Part shown: positions 29,187-39,176 of the stretch, in pieces
Layout: the number at the start of each line of letters is the position of its first letter
How positions within the stretch are numbered: position 1 is the stretch's first letter
DNA from: Candidatus Anderseniibacteriota bacterium
GTDB taxonomy: Bacteria > Patescibacteriota > Andersenbacteria > UBA10190
Reading direction: 5' to 3'
Length of the DNA: 64,000 nucleotides
NCBI GenBank assembly: GCA_016197005.1
Contig: JACPWO010000001.1
Location: forward strand, 218,544-282,543
Notes under the pieces: model-generated
Told to the model about the DNA's origin: nothing
Database searches by the model: none
Seen by the model: only the letters and a program-made list of their open reading frames with translations
Translations under genes and position numbers: made by a program

Positions 29187-31041
29187 ATGAAGGAGGGATC
29201 TGATAGTAATTTAGCAGCTTTTCCGATAAATCGCGGAACATTGGGGCAGCTGTACCGGACGCGAAGGAAAGGCCAGCTGGGTTATCTAGTTTAATTAGTA
29301 TTGAGAAGCGAGGATTTTCTACTGGCCCGAAACCAACAAATGAAATAATTTTACGATCTTTCGAGTACTTACCAGTCTCGTCTGATACCTGGGCTGTTCC
29401 CGTTTTTCCAGCCATATAATACCCTGGCACTCGAGCGAGACCAGCTACGCCGTTTTCAATAACGCTGACCATCATCGCACTTACCTTGTCAGCTGTCTGT
29501 TTAGAAACGACCTGACGAACAGCGGCCGGCTCGGTTACTTTTTCTTCTAACCCCTCTCTAATACGAGATACAATGCGAGGCTGCATGAGCATGCCGTCAT
29601 TTGCAATAGCGTTTATAGCATTGAGCGCTTGCAACGGAGTTAACGCCACACCTTGACCGAAACTGGCAGTAGCAACGGTTGTAATATTCCAATTATTTGG
29701 TTCGGGTAAATTCGTTTGGGTTTCTCCATCAAGTTCAACTGCTGTTCGCTCGCCCAATCCAAAGCGACGGAGATAATCGTAAATCATCTCTGCACCCATT
29801 TGCTGACCGAGCCATACCATACCGATGTTGTTCGATTGTTCGAGTACCTGTGTCATTGTTTGCACGCCGTGATGCTTACTATCGAAAGTATCAATCGTGT
29901 ATTCTGCTACTTTTACTGGTCCACTATCGGTGAAGGTTGTATTTGGCTCCACCAATCCTTCTTCGATAGCTGCTGACATAATAACCGGCTTTAAAATGGA
30001 TCCTGGTTCGAACAAGTCCGATACCACTGGATTGGTTTGTACTTCGGGGTGGTTCACCGCGTAATACGTATTGGGATCAAAGGTTGGATAGGTTGCCATG
30101 CCAAGAATAGCGCCATCTTCTGGATCCATCACAATAATGCTGCCGCGTTCCGCACCATACTTCTCTACCCCATTCTTTAGTACTTCCTCAGCGAATGATT
30201 GGACAACACGATCCAATGTGAGCACTATGTCAGCTCCATCCTTAGCCGGCCGAAATTCGCCTTCGGCTACACCAATGAAATTGCCGGCATTATCTTTTTC
30301 GGCAGATAACCACCCTAAGTCTCCTCGTAAAATTGAATCATAAAATCCTTCTACGCCGTATCTACCCACTCGCCCACTTTCTTCAAAGCCGACGTATCCG
30401 ATAGCATGCGCCGCTAGTTCACCGTCAGGGTATATTCGAATTTCCTGCTCTTCCAAGACAATACCGGGCAAGTGCTTTTCTTCTAAGTACGCTCGGAGTT
30501 CTTCGTCCAATATCTCGTGCGGGCGAAGAATTGGTTCATAAGGATCAGTTCTTTTATCAAATTTCACTTCAAATTGTTGGATAAGATCATGAATTTGTTC
30601 ATCTTCTGATTTTTCTGGTTCAGGATTTTCGATCGGGGTAGGAGTTGGCGTAGCAGCAACTGTACGCAGCTGTCCGGTGCGTTCAATAATTGCTTTAGTC
30701 CGCTCGTCCTGTCGTTTCCGATATGCGAATAAGGCCGGAGCTACTTCTCGAGCCACATAATGAGGATCGTCCATATCACGTGGGACAGCGTAGGTTATCC
30801 ATCCTTTGTCGTTACTGGCTACCGGAAAAAGATCCAGCCCTTCACTCATGTAAATAATTCCGCGATGCGGAGAAAGCTCGGAGGCGCGTTTTCGCTGCGC
30901 TTCTGCCACATTTATATAATGTCCGTGACGCACGGTCTGTAAATACACCAAGCGCACACCTAAAATACCCATAAGGATGGCAGCGGACATAATTAAAACG
31001 CCGATTCTCCATCCGCCAGTATTCAAAGATGATTGTGCCAT
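29143..31041 (-). CDS. ftsI: penicillin-binding protein 2 / FtsI (peptidoglycan D,D-transpeptidase)
   Basis: N-terminal TM, dimerisation domain, transpeptidase motifs (SILKP, SNN, KTGT); 632 aa. Confidence 0.88.
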   Translation of the reverse strand: MAQSSLNTGGWRIGVLIMSAAILMGILGVRLVYLQTVRHGHYINVAEAQRKRASELSPHRGIIYMSEGLDLFPVASNDKGWITYAVPRDMDDPHYVAREVAPALFAYRKRQDERTKAIIERTGQLRTVAATPTPTPIENPEPEKSEDEQIHDLIQQFEVKFDKRTDPYEPILRPHEILDEELRAYLEEKHLPGIVLEEQEIRIYPDGELAAHAIGYVGFEESGRVGRYGVEGFYDSILRGDLGWLSAEKDNAGNFIGVAEGEFRPAKDGADIVLTLDRVVQSFAEEVLKNGVEKYGAERGSIIVMDPEDGAILGMATYPTFDPNTYYAVNHPEVQTNPVVSDLFEPGSILKPVIMSAAIEEGLVEPNTTFTDSGPVKVAEYTIDTFDSKHHGVQTMTQVLEQSNNIGMVWLGQQMGAEMIYDYLRRFGLGERTAVELDGETQTNLPEPNNWNITTVATASFGQGVALTPLQALNAINAIANDGMLMQPRIVSRIREGLEEKVTEPAAVRQVVSKQTADKVSAMMVSVIENGVAGLARVPGYYMAGKTGTAQVSDETGKYSKDRKIISFVGFGPVENPRFSILIKLDNPAGLSFASGTAAPMFRDLSEKLLNYYQIPPSYDETGPKTKYQVPN

Positions 31042-31068
31042 TACCTCTTATCCCCCTCTCTTAGGTAG

Positions 31069-31464
31069 TTAATCACCGAGCGCTACACGATCAGATAAGG
31101 TAGCTAAGTAACTGACGCGATCTGCTTCAACTAAATTAAGTTCCTGGGTTCGCTCTTCAACTGCTTGTAAGCTACGGAGTTGAGCGCCTTCGAGCTCGAG
31201 TTGTCGTTGTTGATCACGTAAATCTAAAATTTGTGCCTCAAGTTCTCGAATATTCGTGCCTTGAGACGCCGTCCCAACAACTTGCCTTAAATATAGAAAT
31301 CCAAGCATGCCAACAGTTACTAAGGCCACCATGCCTGCCACTAACGTAACAGTAGTATGACTGACACTGCCTCGCTGCGAGTTACCTTTACGTAATGATA
31401 CGCGGAAATTCCGCCGCGCTGGACGATATCTTGCACCAATAGATTGTTGAATGTTTGCTGTCAC
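31069..31464 (-). CDS. ftsL: cell division protein FtsL-like
   Basis: Single TM plus coiled coil; located between rsmH and ftsI. Confidence 0.65.
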   Translation of the reverse strand: MTANIQQSIGARYRPARRNFRVSLRKGNSQRGSVSHTTVTLVAGMVALVTVGMLGFLYLRQVVGTASQGTNIRELEAQILDLRDQQRQLELEGAQLRSLQAVEERTQELNLVEADRVSYLATLSDRVALGD

Positions 31465-31518
31465 GTGTTTGTGTGATCCCGTCCCCCGACGAGATAAGTT
31501 AGTGTTAAGTGTTTAGGG

Positions 31519-32448
31519 TTACATTTTTTGGGCTGCTCTTAGTTTGGCTGAACGCGACCGTGGATTTCTTGCCTTCTCCTCTTGTGTAGCTACCATTGGT
31601 TTTTTAGTGAGAGTGGTAAGGCTTTTGGTCTCCTTCAGGAAGCGTTTTACGATCCGATCTTCGAGGCTATGGAAGCTGATAACAACCAGGCGTCCGTGGG
31701 TTTTGAGGTGAGAGACTGCTTTTGGCAGCCCCATCTCCAAACTTTCTAGTTCCCGATTGACTACTATCCGTAGTGCTTGAAAGGTTCGTGTTGCTGGATG
31801 AATTCGTCCCCCCTCATATCTACCCGGTACGGCTGCGATAATTTCGTCAGCGACCGCAGCAGCGGGAAGGTTAGGCGACATTCGCTTTAAAGCAGAAGCA
31901 ATGCGACGAGCATATCGTTCTTCTCCATACTGCCGCAGGATATCTGCTAGTTCCTCTTCCGGGATCCCCGCAATAAGCTCTGGAGCATCTGGGGCATACC
32001 CGAGACGCTGCTCCAGCCACTTAACTGACGGCAAGCTAGAAGGAGGAAGTTTTGGCTGTACCTGCCCCACGGTCGAGAATTTCATCGCCAGTGGTCCAGT
32101 TGATCGAAACGATATTCCTCGCTCGCTGTCGGATAGCTGATGGCTACCAACACCGAGATCAAAGAGGATATGATCAAACGTTTCATTCCCAGCCACTTCA
32201 TCGAGGTAGGCGTAAGAGGCAGCCGTGAGGCGCACCCTACTTCCATACTGCTGCAGGCGCTTTTTCGCTTGGGCAAGCGCACTGTCGTCGATATCGAGGC
32301 CGAGCACCTGTGTGTCTGCAGCAGCTGCTAAGTACATCTCAGCATGTCCGCCTAGACCAACGGTGGCATCAAGCAAATGGGTTCCTTCCTGCGGAGAAAA
32401 AAGATCGAGTACTGGCTGAGTCAGGACTGGGGTGTGACTTGGTGTCAT
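31519..32448 (-). CDS. rsmH: 16S rRNA (cytosine1402-N4)-methyltransferase RsmH
   Basis: LDATVGLGGH SAM motif, FHSLEDRIVK signature; 309 aa. Confidence 0.92.
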   Translation of the reverse strand: MTPSHTPVLTQPVLDLFSPQEGTHLLDATVGLGGHAEMYLAAAADTQVLGLDIDDSALAQAKKRLQQYGSRVRLTAASYAYLDEVAGNETFDHILFDLGVGSHQLSDSERGISFRSTGPLAMKFSTVGQVQPKLPPSSLPSVKWLEQRLGYAPDAPELIAGIPEEELADILRQYGEERYARRIASALKRMSPNLPAAAVADEIIAAVPGRYEGGRIHPATRTFQALRIVVNRELESLEMGLPKAVSHLKTHGRLVVISFHSLEDRIVKRFLKETKSLTTLTKKPMVATQEEKARNPRSRSAKLRAAQKM

Positions 32449-32876
32449 ACTCCCAGCTCCCCCATTGCTTCAGCAATATTGTCGCTCTCTTTTTCAGTAG
32501 CTGCCTTGTACTCACTCCAACTGTCCTCATTCCAGATTTCCATCCGGTTATAAAGACCAGCTACGACTACATGTTTCCCCAGGTTAGCGTAATTGCGCAG
32601 ATATTCTGGCACCATGACGCGACCCTGGCTATCAAGTGTGGCATCCCAGGCACCAGCTAACATAAGTCGAGTAAATGCTCGAGATTTTTTACTGGTGAGC
32701 GGAAGTGCGGCGAGTTTTTGCGCCAAGATCTCCCACTCTTGCTTGGGATATACAAATAGACATGTATCAAGTCCACGAGTGACTACGATTCCCTCCTGCA
32801 GCTTCCGCCGAAATTTTACCGGCAAAGCTAATCGTCCTTTTTCATCCAAACTATGAGCGTATTCTCCAATAAACAT
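32445..32876 (-). CDS. mraZ: transcriptional regulator MraZ
   Basis: Duplicated DxxxR (LDEKGRLALP / LDSQGRVMVP) motifs; 143 aa. Confidence 0.9.
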   Translation of the reverse strand: MFIGEYAHSLDEKGRLALPVKFRRKLQEGIVVTRGLDTCLFVYPKQEWEILAQKLAALPLTSKKSRAFTRLMLAGAWDATLDSQGRVMVPEYLRNYANLGKHVVVAGLYNRMEIWNEDSWSEYKAATEKESDNIAEAMGELGV

Positions 32877-33165
32877 AAGTATGTACGCTCAATTAGGAAT
32901 CGATTGTAAAGTTCACCCCCCACACCTGATCGCGCTCCCTCTCCCTACTAAGCGTGATCACGTGTGGGGCGTAGAAGCATACTGGGCTTATGCACAGAAC
33001 CCTCCACTTTTCCCCACTCTTTTCCACGTGTATCCACTTTACTCTTGTGGCCTACCACTTCGCAACACGTAAAACCACGACTTTTGCACATCCGCCAGCG
33101 AGTGCGAGGAAACCTATCTTCAATGACAAAAGGACTCACCCCAGGTGAGTCCTTTTGTCAGCAAA

Positions 33166-33798
33166 CTAGTTTGATCGGGTACGCGCCACCCTTCCCTCAT
33201 GCAAGATAAGCTGCACGGCCAGGAATAGTCCGGCTCCCAGTGTGTTCATTAAGAGATCTAACGACGTATCGTAGGCAGGGCCAACCGTCTTCGTGAAGAA
33301 AATATGATCAAGGGCCAACTCTACAATCTCATTCCCCACTCCCGCTAAGGCGGTAAGTGATAATGTTAGGATAGCGGTGTAGTATGGATGATCTTCCCAT
33401 ACCTTTTGCGGTAAGTATTTAAGAAAAAACGTCCAGACGATGTACGCTACTAGTACAAATGTCGCCAGGTGCTCCGCGCGATTTATGATCGGTACTTGTT
33501 CCTGACTGCGTACTAACAGCGACACCGCATTCAGAATGAACACCGCAAAGACAAGTGGGAAAGCGTAACTAAGATCTATGCCCCGTCGCAGGAAAACGGC
33601 ATAGATCTTTTCGCAAGTGAGGTAAATGAGCAGTAGATATAGGCTCCAGACGAGTGAAATATGTTGCAGGACAGAAAAAGTCTGCGGAAAGAGATGAGAA
33701 ACTAGGATCGCCAGGAAATATAGTATGAACAATGCGCGGCAGACAAAAACAATTGCGCGCGGCTGCAAGAGAGCAGGCTGACGATCAGTGGGATTCAT
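33166..33798 (-). CDS. VanZ-like polytopic membrane protein
   Basis: C-terminal ...GPAYDTSLDLLMNTLGAGLF resembles the VanZ R/D...N..G signature; 210 aa. Confidence 0.4.
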   Translation of the reverse strand: MNPTDRQPALLQPRAIVFVCRALFILYFLAILVSHLFPQTFSVLQHISLVWSLYLLLIYLTCEKIYAVFLRRGIDLSYAFPLVFAVFILNAVSLLVRSQEQVPIINRAEHLATFVLVAYIVWTFFLKYLPQKVWEDHPYYTAILTLSLTALAGVGNEIVELALDHIFFTKTVGPAYDTSLDLLMNTLGAGLFLAVQLILHEGRVARTRSN

Positions 33799-33813
33799 AC
33801 CACTTTCAATTGC

Positions 33814-34452
33814 TTATGCGGTAACTACGCCGGATGTCGAGCGCTGCTTGTCAAAATCTGGCTGGAGCTGTTGAGGAAGCTTGTTGATCAGTTCTTTGTA
33901 GGCACCTCCGAAAAACTGACGGAGAAAAACGTCACTGAAGTTAAGACGATACTGGTATTCATTAACTGTCATCGGAGTATAACTAATTTCCCGATTAATC
34001 TGCTGCTCTATTCTATTTGCAAACTGTTGAAGCTTGTTATCTTCAATCGCTCCTACCACTAACAAATCAGTTGGTGCAGATTTAGCAGCAGTGAAATAGC
34101 CAGATACTGCGGCGTAATGAACGTCACCCACATTTTCGAGATGATTGAACAAAACATCCTGAATACCCGGTCCGGCCTTTTGCATAATCGATCCCAGTTC
34201 TGAGTACAAAATAAAATCTTCTTTTACGGTGTAATACTTACGACGACGCTCGTCGTACGTATCAAGCATGCCAACGTTTTGCAAAATAGTGAGCTCACGA
34301 CGGACAGCATTCAGTCGTTCTCCGACAATACGAGCAATCTCCCGAACGAAGTAGGGACGTTTTACTCCAGTGGTGAATAGCGTAATGATTTTGACCCGGG
34401 TACGAGAACCGAAAATCTTTTCTAGAGGAAAGGTTTTTTTTGGGCTATCCAT
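33814..34452 (-). CDS. winged-helix transcriptional regulator (ArsR/MarR-like N-terminal wHTH)
   Basis: LFGSRTRVKIITLF...REIARIVGERLNAVRRELTILQNVGML helix-turn-helix. Confidence 0.55.
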   Translation of the reverse strand: MDSPKKTFPLEKIFGSRTRVKIITLFTTGVKRPYFVREIARIVGERLNAVRRELTILQNVGMLDTYDERRRKYYTVKEDFILYSELGSIMQKAGPGIQDVLFNHLENVGDVHYAAVSGYFTAAKSAPTDLLVVGAIEDNKLQQFANRIEQQINREISYTPMTVNEYQYRLNFSDVFLRQFFGGAYKELINKLPQQLQPDFDKQRSTSGVVTA

Positions 34453-34533
34453 AAAGTCTGAAGGAAATTGTAAACGTCGGCCCTAGATAAGGCAAGCCAG
34501 GAAAAAGCATTTGAACATGATATACTGGCTGCC

Positions 34534-36708
34534 ATGGCAAGGGATCAAGCTCTGCCCGACGCACAGGAAGTATTAGTAACGCGCGAGGGCGTAGCGGGAG
34601 AAACATACCTATTTGAGCCAGGTACCGGGGAAACCCGACTAGGCTGGCTTTTTGCTGCACTCCAGACGCGTGATCGGGAAGGTATTGGTAGTGAAATCCT
34701 GGATACTGTTGCCACCGCAATTCAGCGTGAATATTACCGTGATCCCCGTCGAAGTGCTGCCTCCAGCTTTGAACTCGCTCTTCACCAGGCCAACCTCATT
34801 CTTCATGACATGGCCGAACAAGGAATGCGAGACTGGATGGTAGATTTTCATGCCTCCGTAGTTGCTCTGGCTGGTAATGAATTACATATTAGCGTGGCCG
34901 GTGAAGGTCAGGTACTGCTTGCACGCAAAGCGAACTTAACAAATATTTCGGTTGGACTTGCTCATTCACCTATTACCGATCCGCTCCAAACATTTTCTCA
35001 AGTAGCGAGCGGTATCGCGGCACCACGAGATACGCTCTACGTTGCTGGCAGCCCCCTGTCTTCTATTGTAGCTGAGACGGAACTAAAGCGACTGGCTCTA
35101 GAAAACTCCGCCAACATTATTGCCAGTCGACTTACTCAGCAAACGAAAGATACGTCGAGTACCACCTCGCTCGCGGCGGTAGTAGTAGTGTTTGCCCCAC
35201 AATATGCGGCACGAGAGAAAGATACGACAATGAGCGCGGCGCCAGCTGGTGGACGCGCAGTTAATCGGTCGTACCTTACCCCCAGACAGCCCCTCATTAT
35301 TCACCGTGGCCTGCCGCGGCAAACGTTATCCCTGCTGGGTAAAGGCAGTAAAGCTGCCTTTAACTTCACTCGTGAGCGCGTATGGCCGCACGTAAAGAGC
35401 GGATCGCGCCAAGGCGGTCGAGCACTCCTCCAGGTTTCAAAAGTTACTGGGAGCAGTCTTAAAAACGTTGCCACCGACAGGGCTGGCAGAGTGCGTTTCA
35501 AGCTGCCAAACCCGACTCAAATGGGTAAGTCTGCAGCGGTTGGTACCGCTCAGTTTACGTTGGGGCTGCGGCAACGACTCACTACCCTTCCGAAGAGCAG
35601 CAAACTGTTTGGCGTTATTTCTCTTATTTTACTCGTTCTCTTAGGGGGAAGCCTTTTACTCTTACAACAGAAGCGAGCATCCGATGCCGCCATCCAACAA
35701 GCGAGCGAAACATTACAAGAAGCCCGAGCAAAAGCAGAAGCAGCGAAGACCGCTCTCATCTATGATAATCGCGACCAGGCTAATGGATTACTTGACGAGG
35801 CAAGTACACTTACACAGCAGCTACAAGGGAAAAATATTTATATCGAAGAATCTCGCCAGCTGCTAACAGAAATCGAAGAACAACGTGATCGCCTGCAGCG
35901 CATTAGTCGTGTCGATAGTGCGAAGGTAAAAACAATTGGGGACTTTGAAGCCAATATTTCGAAAACCCCTCAGCGTTTATTCTTTGTTTCTGACGCTTTG
36001 TATGCCTATCACCCGGAAAATAACGCCATCGTTCGCATGGCGCTTGATGGTACTTCCCAAGTAGTACAACAAACCAGTCAAGGAATTGGCTTCTTCACTG
36101 AGGGGATTGTTCATACGCCTGATAAGACTATTACCTTAATAACTGACCCAGCCGGCGCTGCCCTCTTTGATACCAAAGACAACTCGCTCTCAAAACAAGA
36201 AATATCCTTTGCTTCTACGAAGCCAGTTATAGCAGATGCGGCGGTATTCGGGAATCGCTTATATGTCCTTGATCGATCAATTAATAACATTCTGTCATAC
36301 AACAAAACGCTCCGGGGGTACTCAGCCGGCACTCCTTGGATAACTGACCAAAACTTCCCGGTTCGCACTATCGTCAATATTGCGGTAGACGGAAATGTAT
36401 ATACGCTGCACGAAGATGGCAGTATCCATAGTCTGTTTAAAGGTGTAGCTGCCGAATTTAACCAGGAAGCAGTCTCCCCTATTATTCCGGCAACTGCCCG
36501 TATTATTACTACCGACGAATATCAATTCATATACGTCATTGATCCAGCCAACAAGCGCATCGTAGTCTACGACAAGAATGGTAAGCTCATCCGCCAACAT
36601 GTCGTTGACGTCGCTTCTGAATTCTCTGATGCCACTATTTATCCAGACGAGACGAAAGCCTATGTCCTGGACGGAACTCGAGTACTCGAAATTTCGCTAA
36701 CGGAATAA
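34534..36708 (+). CDS. large bitopic protein: N-terminal cytoplasmic domain, one TM helix, coiled coil, C-terminal beta-propeller-like repeat domain
   Basis: 724 aa; TM LFGVISLILLVLLGGSLLLL near residue 350; C-terminal repeated YV.D...I..Y motifs (NHL/YVTN-like). Confidence 0.5.
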   Translation: MARDQALPDAQEVLVTREGVAGETYLFEPGTGETRLGWLFAALQTRDREGIGSEILDTVATAIQREYYRDPRRSAASSFELALHQANLILHDMAEQGMRDWMVDFHASVVALAGNELHISVAGEGQVLLARKANLTNISVGLAHSPITDPLQTFSQVASGIAAPRDTLYVAGSPLSSIVAETELKRLALENSANIIASRLTQQTKDTSSTTSLAAVVVVFAPQYAAREKDTTMSAAPAGGRAVNRSYLTPRQPLIIHRGLPRQTLSLLGKGSKAAFNFTRERVWPHVKSGSRQGGRALLQVSKVTGSSLKNVATDRAGRVRFKLPNPTQMGKSAAVGTAQFTLGLRQRLTTLPKSSKLFGVISLILLVLLGGSLLLLQQKRASDAAIQQASETLQEARAKAEAAKTALIYDNRDQANGLLDEASTLTQQLQGKNIYIEESRQLLTEIEEQRDRLQRISRVDSAKVKTIGDFEANISKTPQRLFFVSDALYAYHPENNAIVRMALDGTSQVVQQTSQGIGFFTEGIVHTPDKTITLITDPAGAALFDTKDNSLSKQEISFASTKPVIADAAVFGNRLYVLDRSINNILSYNKTLRGYSAGTPWITDQNFPVRTIVNIAVDGNVYTLHEDGSIHSLFKGVAAEFNQEAVSPIIPATARIITTDEYQFIYVIDPANKRIVVYDKNGKLIRQHVVDVASEFSDATIYPDETKAYVLDGTRVLEISLTE

Positions 36709-36724
36709 ATACCTTACGTAGCCT

Positions 36725-39172
36725 TTAAAACTGGCTGACTGGAACCGTAAGCTGCTGACCGCCCTCTACTCTCCCAGCAATAAGTTGCTGCGCAATCCAG
36801 TATTCAACTTTGTCCTGAATAAGTCGTTTCATTGGCCGAGCTCCAAACTCAGGGTCGTATCCAGTTGCTGCTAAATAGTTTATAAGCTCATCAGTAACAG
36901 CAATAGTGATGCCATGCTGTGCATCTAGGCGAGCATTGAGACTTGTCATCATCCGAATTGCTACTTCTCGAATATGCTGAGCAGAAAGCGGCACAAAGGT
37001 AACAACACCATCAAACCGGTTCAAAAGTTCTGGTAAGAAAATACCCTTTTGCAAAATATGCTCTCGTAGCCTCGTATCAAAGTCGGGTGGAAATGTTCCG
37101 TCATCGGTAACACTGGTGCGAATAAGTTCAGCGCCAGCGTTACTGGTAGCAATAATAATACTGTGTACGAAAGAGTACTTGCGACCGCGCGCATCAGTAA
37201 TATATCCCTCATCGAGTAGAGGTAAGAAGAGTTCTTGAACGGCAACGCTCGCCTTTTCAAACTCATCAAGCAGAATAACGGAAAAAGGATGTTCGGCGAC
37301 GAGTCCAGTCAGGCGCCCGATCGGTCGACCAACCGTACCAATGAGACGTTCGATGGCGTCGCTACCTTGAAACTCTGACATATCCAGCCGCTGCAAGTAG
37401 CTTTCAGCACCGAAGTAAGCCTCCGCCAGTGCCTTTGCCGTTTCTGTTTTTCCGACTCCTGTTGGACCCAAGAACAAAAATGTACCGATCGGATGTTTGC
37501 CACTGCGCACACCGGCTCGTGCGCGAATCATAGCTCGCGAGACTGCCTCAACTCCCTCGTGCTGATTAACTACACGTCGGTGAATTTGATCAGCGAGCGA
37601 TAGGAGCCGCCCAGCCTCCTCTTGCCGCACTTTCCCAAAATCAATCCCCGTCTTGCGCGTAATGACTGCATCAACATCTTCGGGGAGAATTGTCACTGTC
37701 TTACTCCCCTCTGCTTCAACCACAACTTCTTCCAAAACATCAAAAGCTTTTTCTGGAAATGGTATGTGCGGCAAAATACTGGCGGTACTTTTTACAATTT
37801 CTTCCAGCGTCCGATACGGTAAAAACACTCCACTCTTCTTTTCCCACTGTTCAACCATCAGAGCTAAGAGTTTTAATGTTCGTTCTTCACTAAGCGGCGG
37901 TACTTCTACAATTTCAAATAAATGCTCCAGTTCGCTGTTACCAGCCAAACGCTGATGATAATCATCCAACGACATAACTGCTACTACTCTTACAGTTGGT
38001 GAAGAAAAGAAAGGCACCAGTACGTCGGTTATATTGGCCACTCCTTCTCCGCCCCCTAAGGCGCCACTTAAACCGTCGAGGACAACAATGACATTCCCCG
38101 CTCGTTCCATTTCGTTAAGAGCGCGTGAGACAATTGCGATCTGCTGCGGCCTACTATTACCTCCACTAATCAGTTGGCTGACATGAACATACAGAACTCG
38201 TTGCGATTCCAGGGCCGGATGAGCAGTTCCAGCGGCAATACGACGCATTACCTCTTTTATGACGCCAATTCTTCCCACTCCTGGTTGTCCGACTAACAAG
38301 ACATTACTCTGCCGCCGACGAGCTAAGCTATTAATAAGAAGATCTACTTGCTTCGGATGGGCCGCACCAATATCCCAGGCACTGCCGCGAGGGGGACGGG
38401 AAAACTGGTCAACCAAAGGTGTAAACCCCGCAGCCCAGGAAATACCAATTCCGGTAAAATCTAGCAGGTTCTCTTCTGACCACCAGCGTAAACGTTGGTG
38501 GTGCCACGCGCGGCGAGCCTCTTCCCACCATACCGCGAAACGAATATCTTCTTCCTGTAATTGTCGGCGACGCAGAAACATGTGCATCTGCGGATGAAGC
38601 AAGAACGCTGCCAATGCATCAGTGGCGGATATATATGAGTATTGACTACTCTGGGCGCTTATGGCTGCATCTTTGCCCATATCATCCCAGGAGTAGTTCG
38701 GCAGTACAGCTGTGGTAATTTCAGCTACAACTTCTTCTGCACTGAGCTGCAAACGCTTCAGTACCATTTGTGCAGCAGATGTCCGTAAAACATTTTTGCA
38801 GAATGATTCGAATTCCTTGCTGTTTCCTTTTTTATACGTTTGGGCAGCAAGCAGTAATCCAAAATCTGCCGCATCCGCTCCATTCTTCGTGGGCAACGTT
38901 GTTGATGGTAACCGGCGAGGTACAAACGTGATGGTATATACAAATAGCCAGCCAGCGACCAGGGCTACTGAGGCACAAAGACCACTTAGTACAAAGAGAG
39001 AGATAGGTAAAAATCCTTCCCAAAAATATCCGGTGATAGCACCGGCTACAGCCGCTGTAACCGCCCCAATTAGTACAAATGCAGACACAACACTAAGCGC
39101 CTCATTTGTTTGCACCGCCTGTAATCGACGGCGTGGATTAAAGATTTGAGTTAGATTCCCTCCGTCCGCCAT
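36725..39172 (-). CDS. membrane-anchored Clp/Hsp100-family AAA+ ATPase with degenerate D1 and intact D2
   Basis: N-terminal two TM helices. D1 Walker A GQPGVGRIG (K to R, T to G) and Walker B VVLDGL (E lost). D2 GPTGVGKTETAKALA, ILLDEFEKA, sensor-2 GARPMKR. 815 aa. Confidence 0.75.
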   Translation of the reverse strand: MADGGNLTQIFNPRRRLQAVQTNEALSVVSAFVLIGAVTAAVAGAITGYFWEGFLPISLFVLSGLCASVALVAGWLFVYTITFVPRRLPSTTLPTKNGADAADFGLLLAAQTYKKGNSKEFESFCKNVLRTSAAQMVLKRLQLSAEEVVAEITTAVLPNYSWDDMGKDAAISAQSSQYSYISATDALAAFLLHPQMHMFLRRRQLQEEDIRFAVWWEEARRAWHHQRLRWWSEENLLDFTGIGISWAAGFTPLVDQFSRPPRGSAWDIGAAHPKQVDLLINSLARRRQSNVLLVGQPGVGRIGVIKEVMRRIAAGTAHPALESQRVLYVHVSQLISGGNSRPQQIAIVSRALNEMERAGNVIVVLDGLSGALGGGEGVANITDVLVPFFSSPTVRVVAVMSLDDYHQRLAGNSELEHLFEIVEVPPLSEERTLKLLALMVEQWEKKSGVFLPYRTLEEIVKSTASILPHIPFPEKAFDVLEEVVVEAEGSKTVTILPEDVDAVITRKTGIDFGKVRQEEAGRLLSLADQIHRRVVNQHEGVEAVSRAMIRARAGVRSGKHPIGTFLFLGPTGVGKTETAKALAEAYFGAESYLQRLDMSEFQGSDAIERLIGTVGRPIGRLTGLVAEHPFSVILLDEFEKASVAVQELFLPLLDEGYITDARGRKYSFVHSIIIATSNAGAELIRTSVTDDGTFPPDFDTRLREHILQKGIFLPELLNRFDGVVTFVPLSAQHIREVAIRMMTSLNARLDAQHGITIAVTDELINYLAATGYDPEFGARPMKRLIQDKVEYWIAQQLIAGRVEGGQQLTVPVSQF

Positions 39173-39176
39173 AGTG

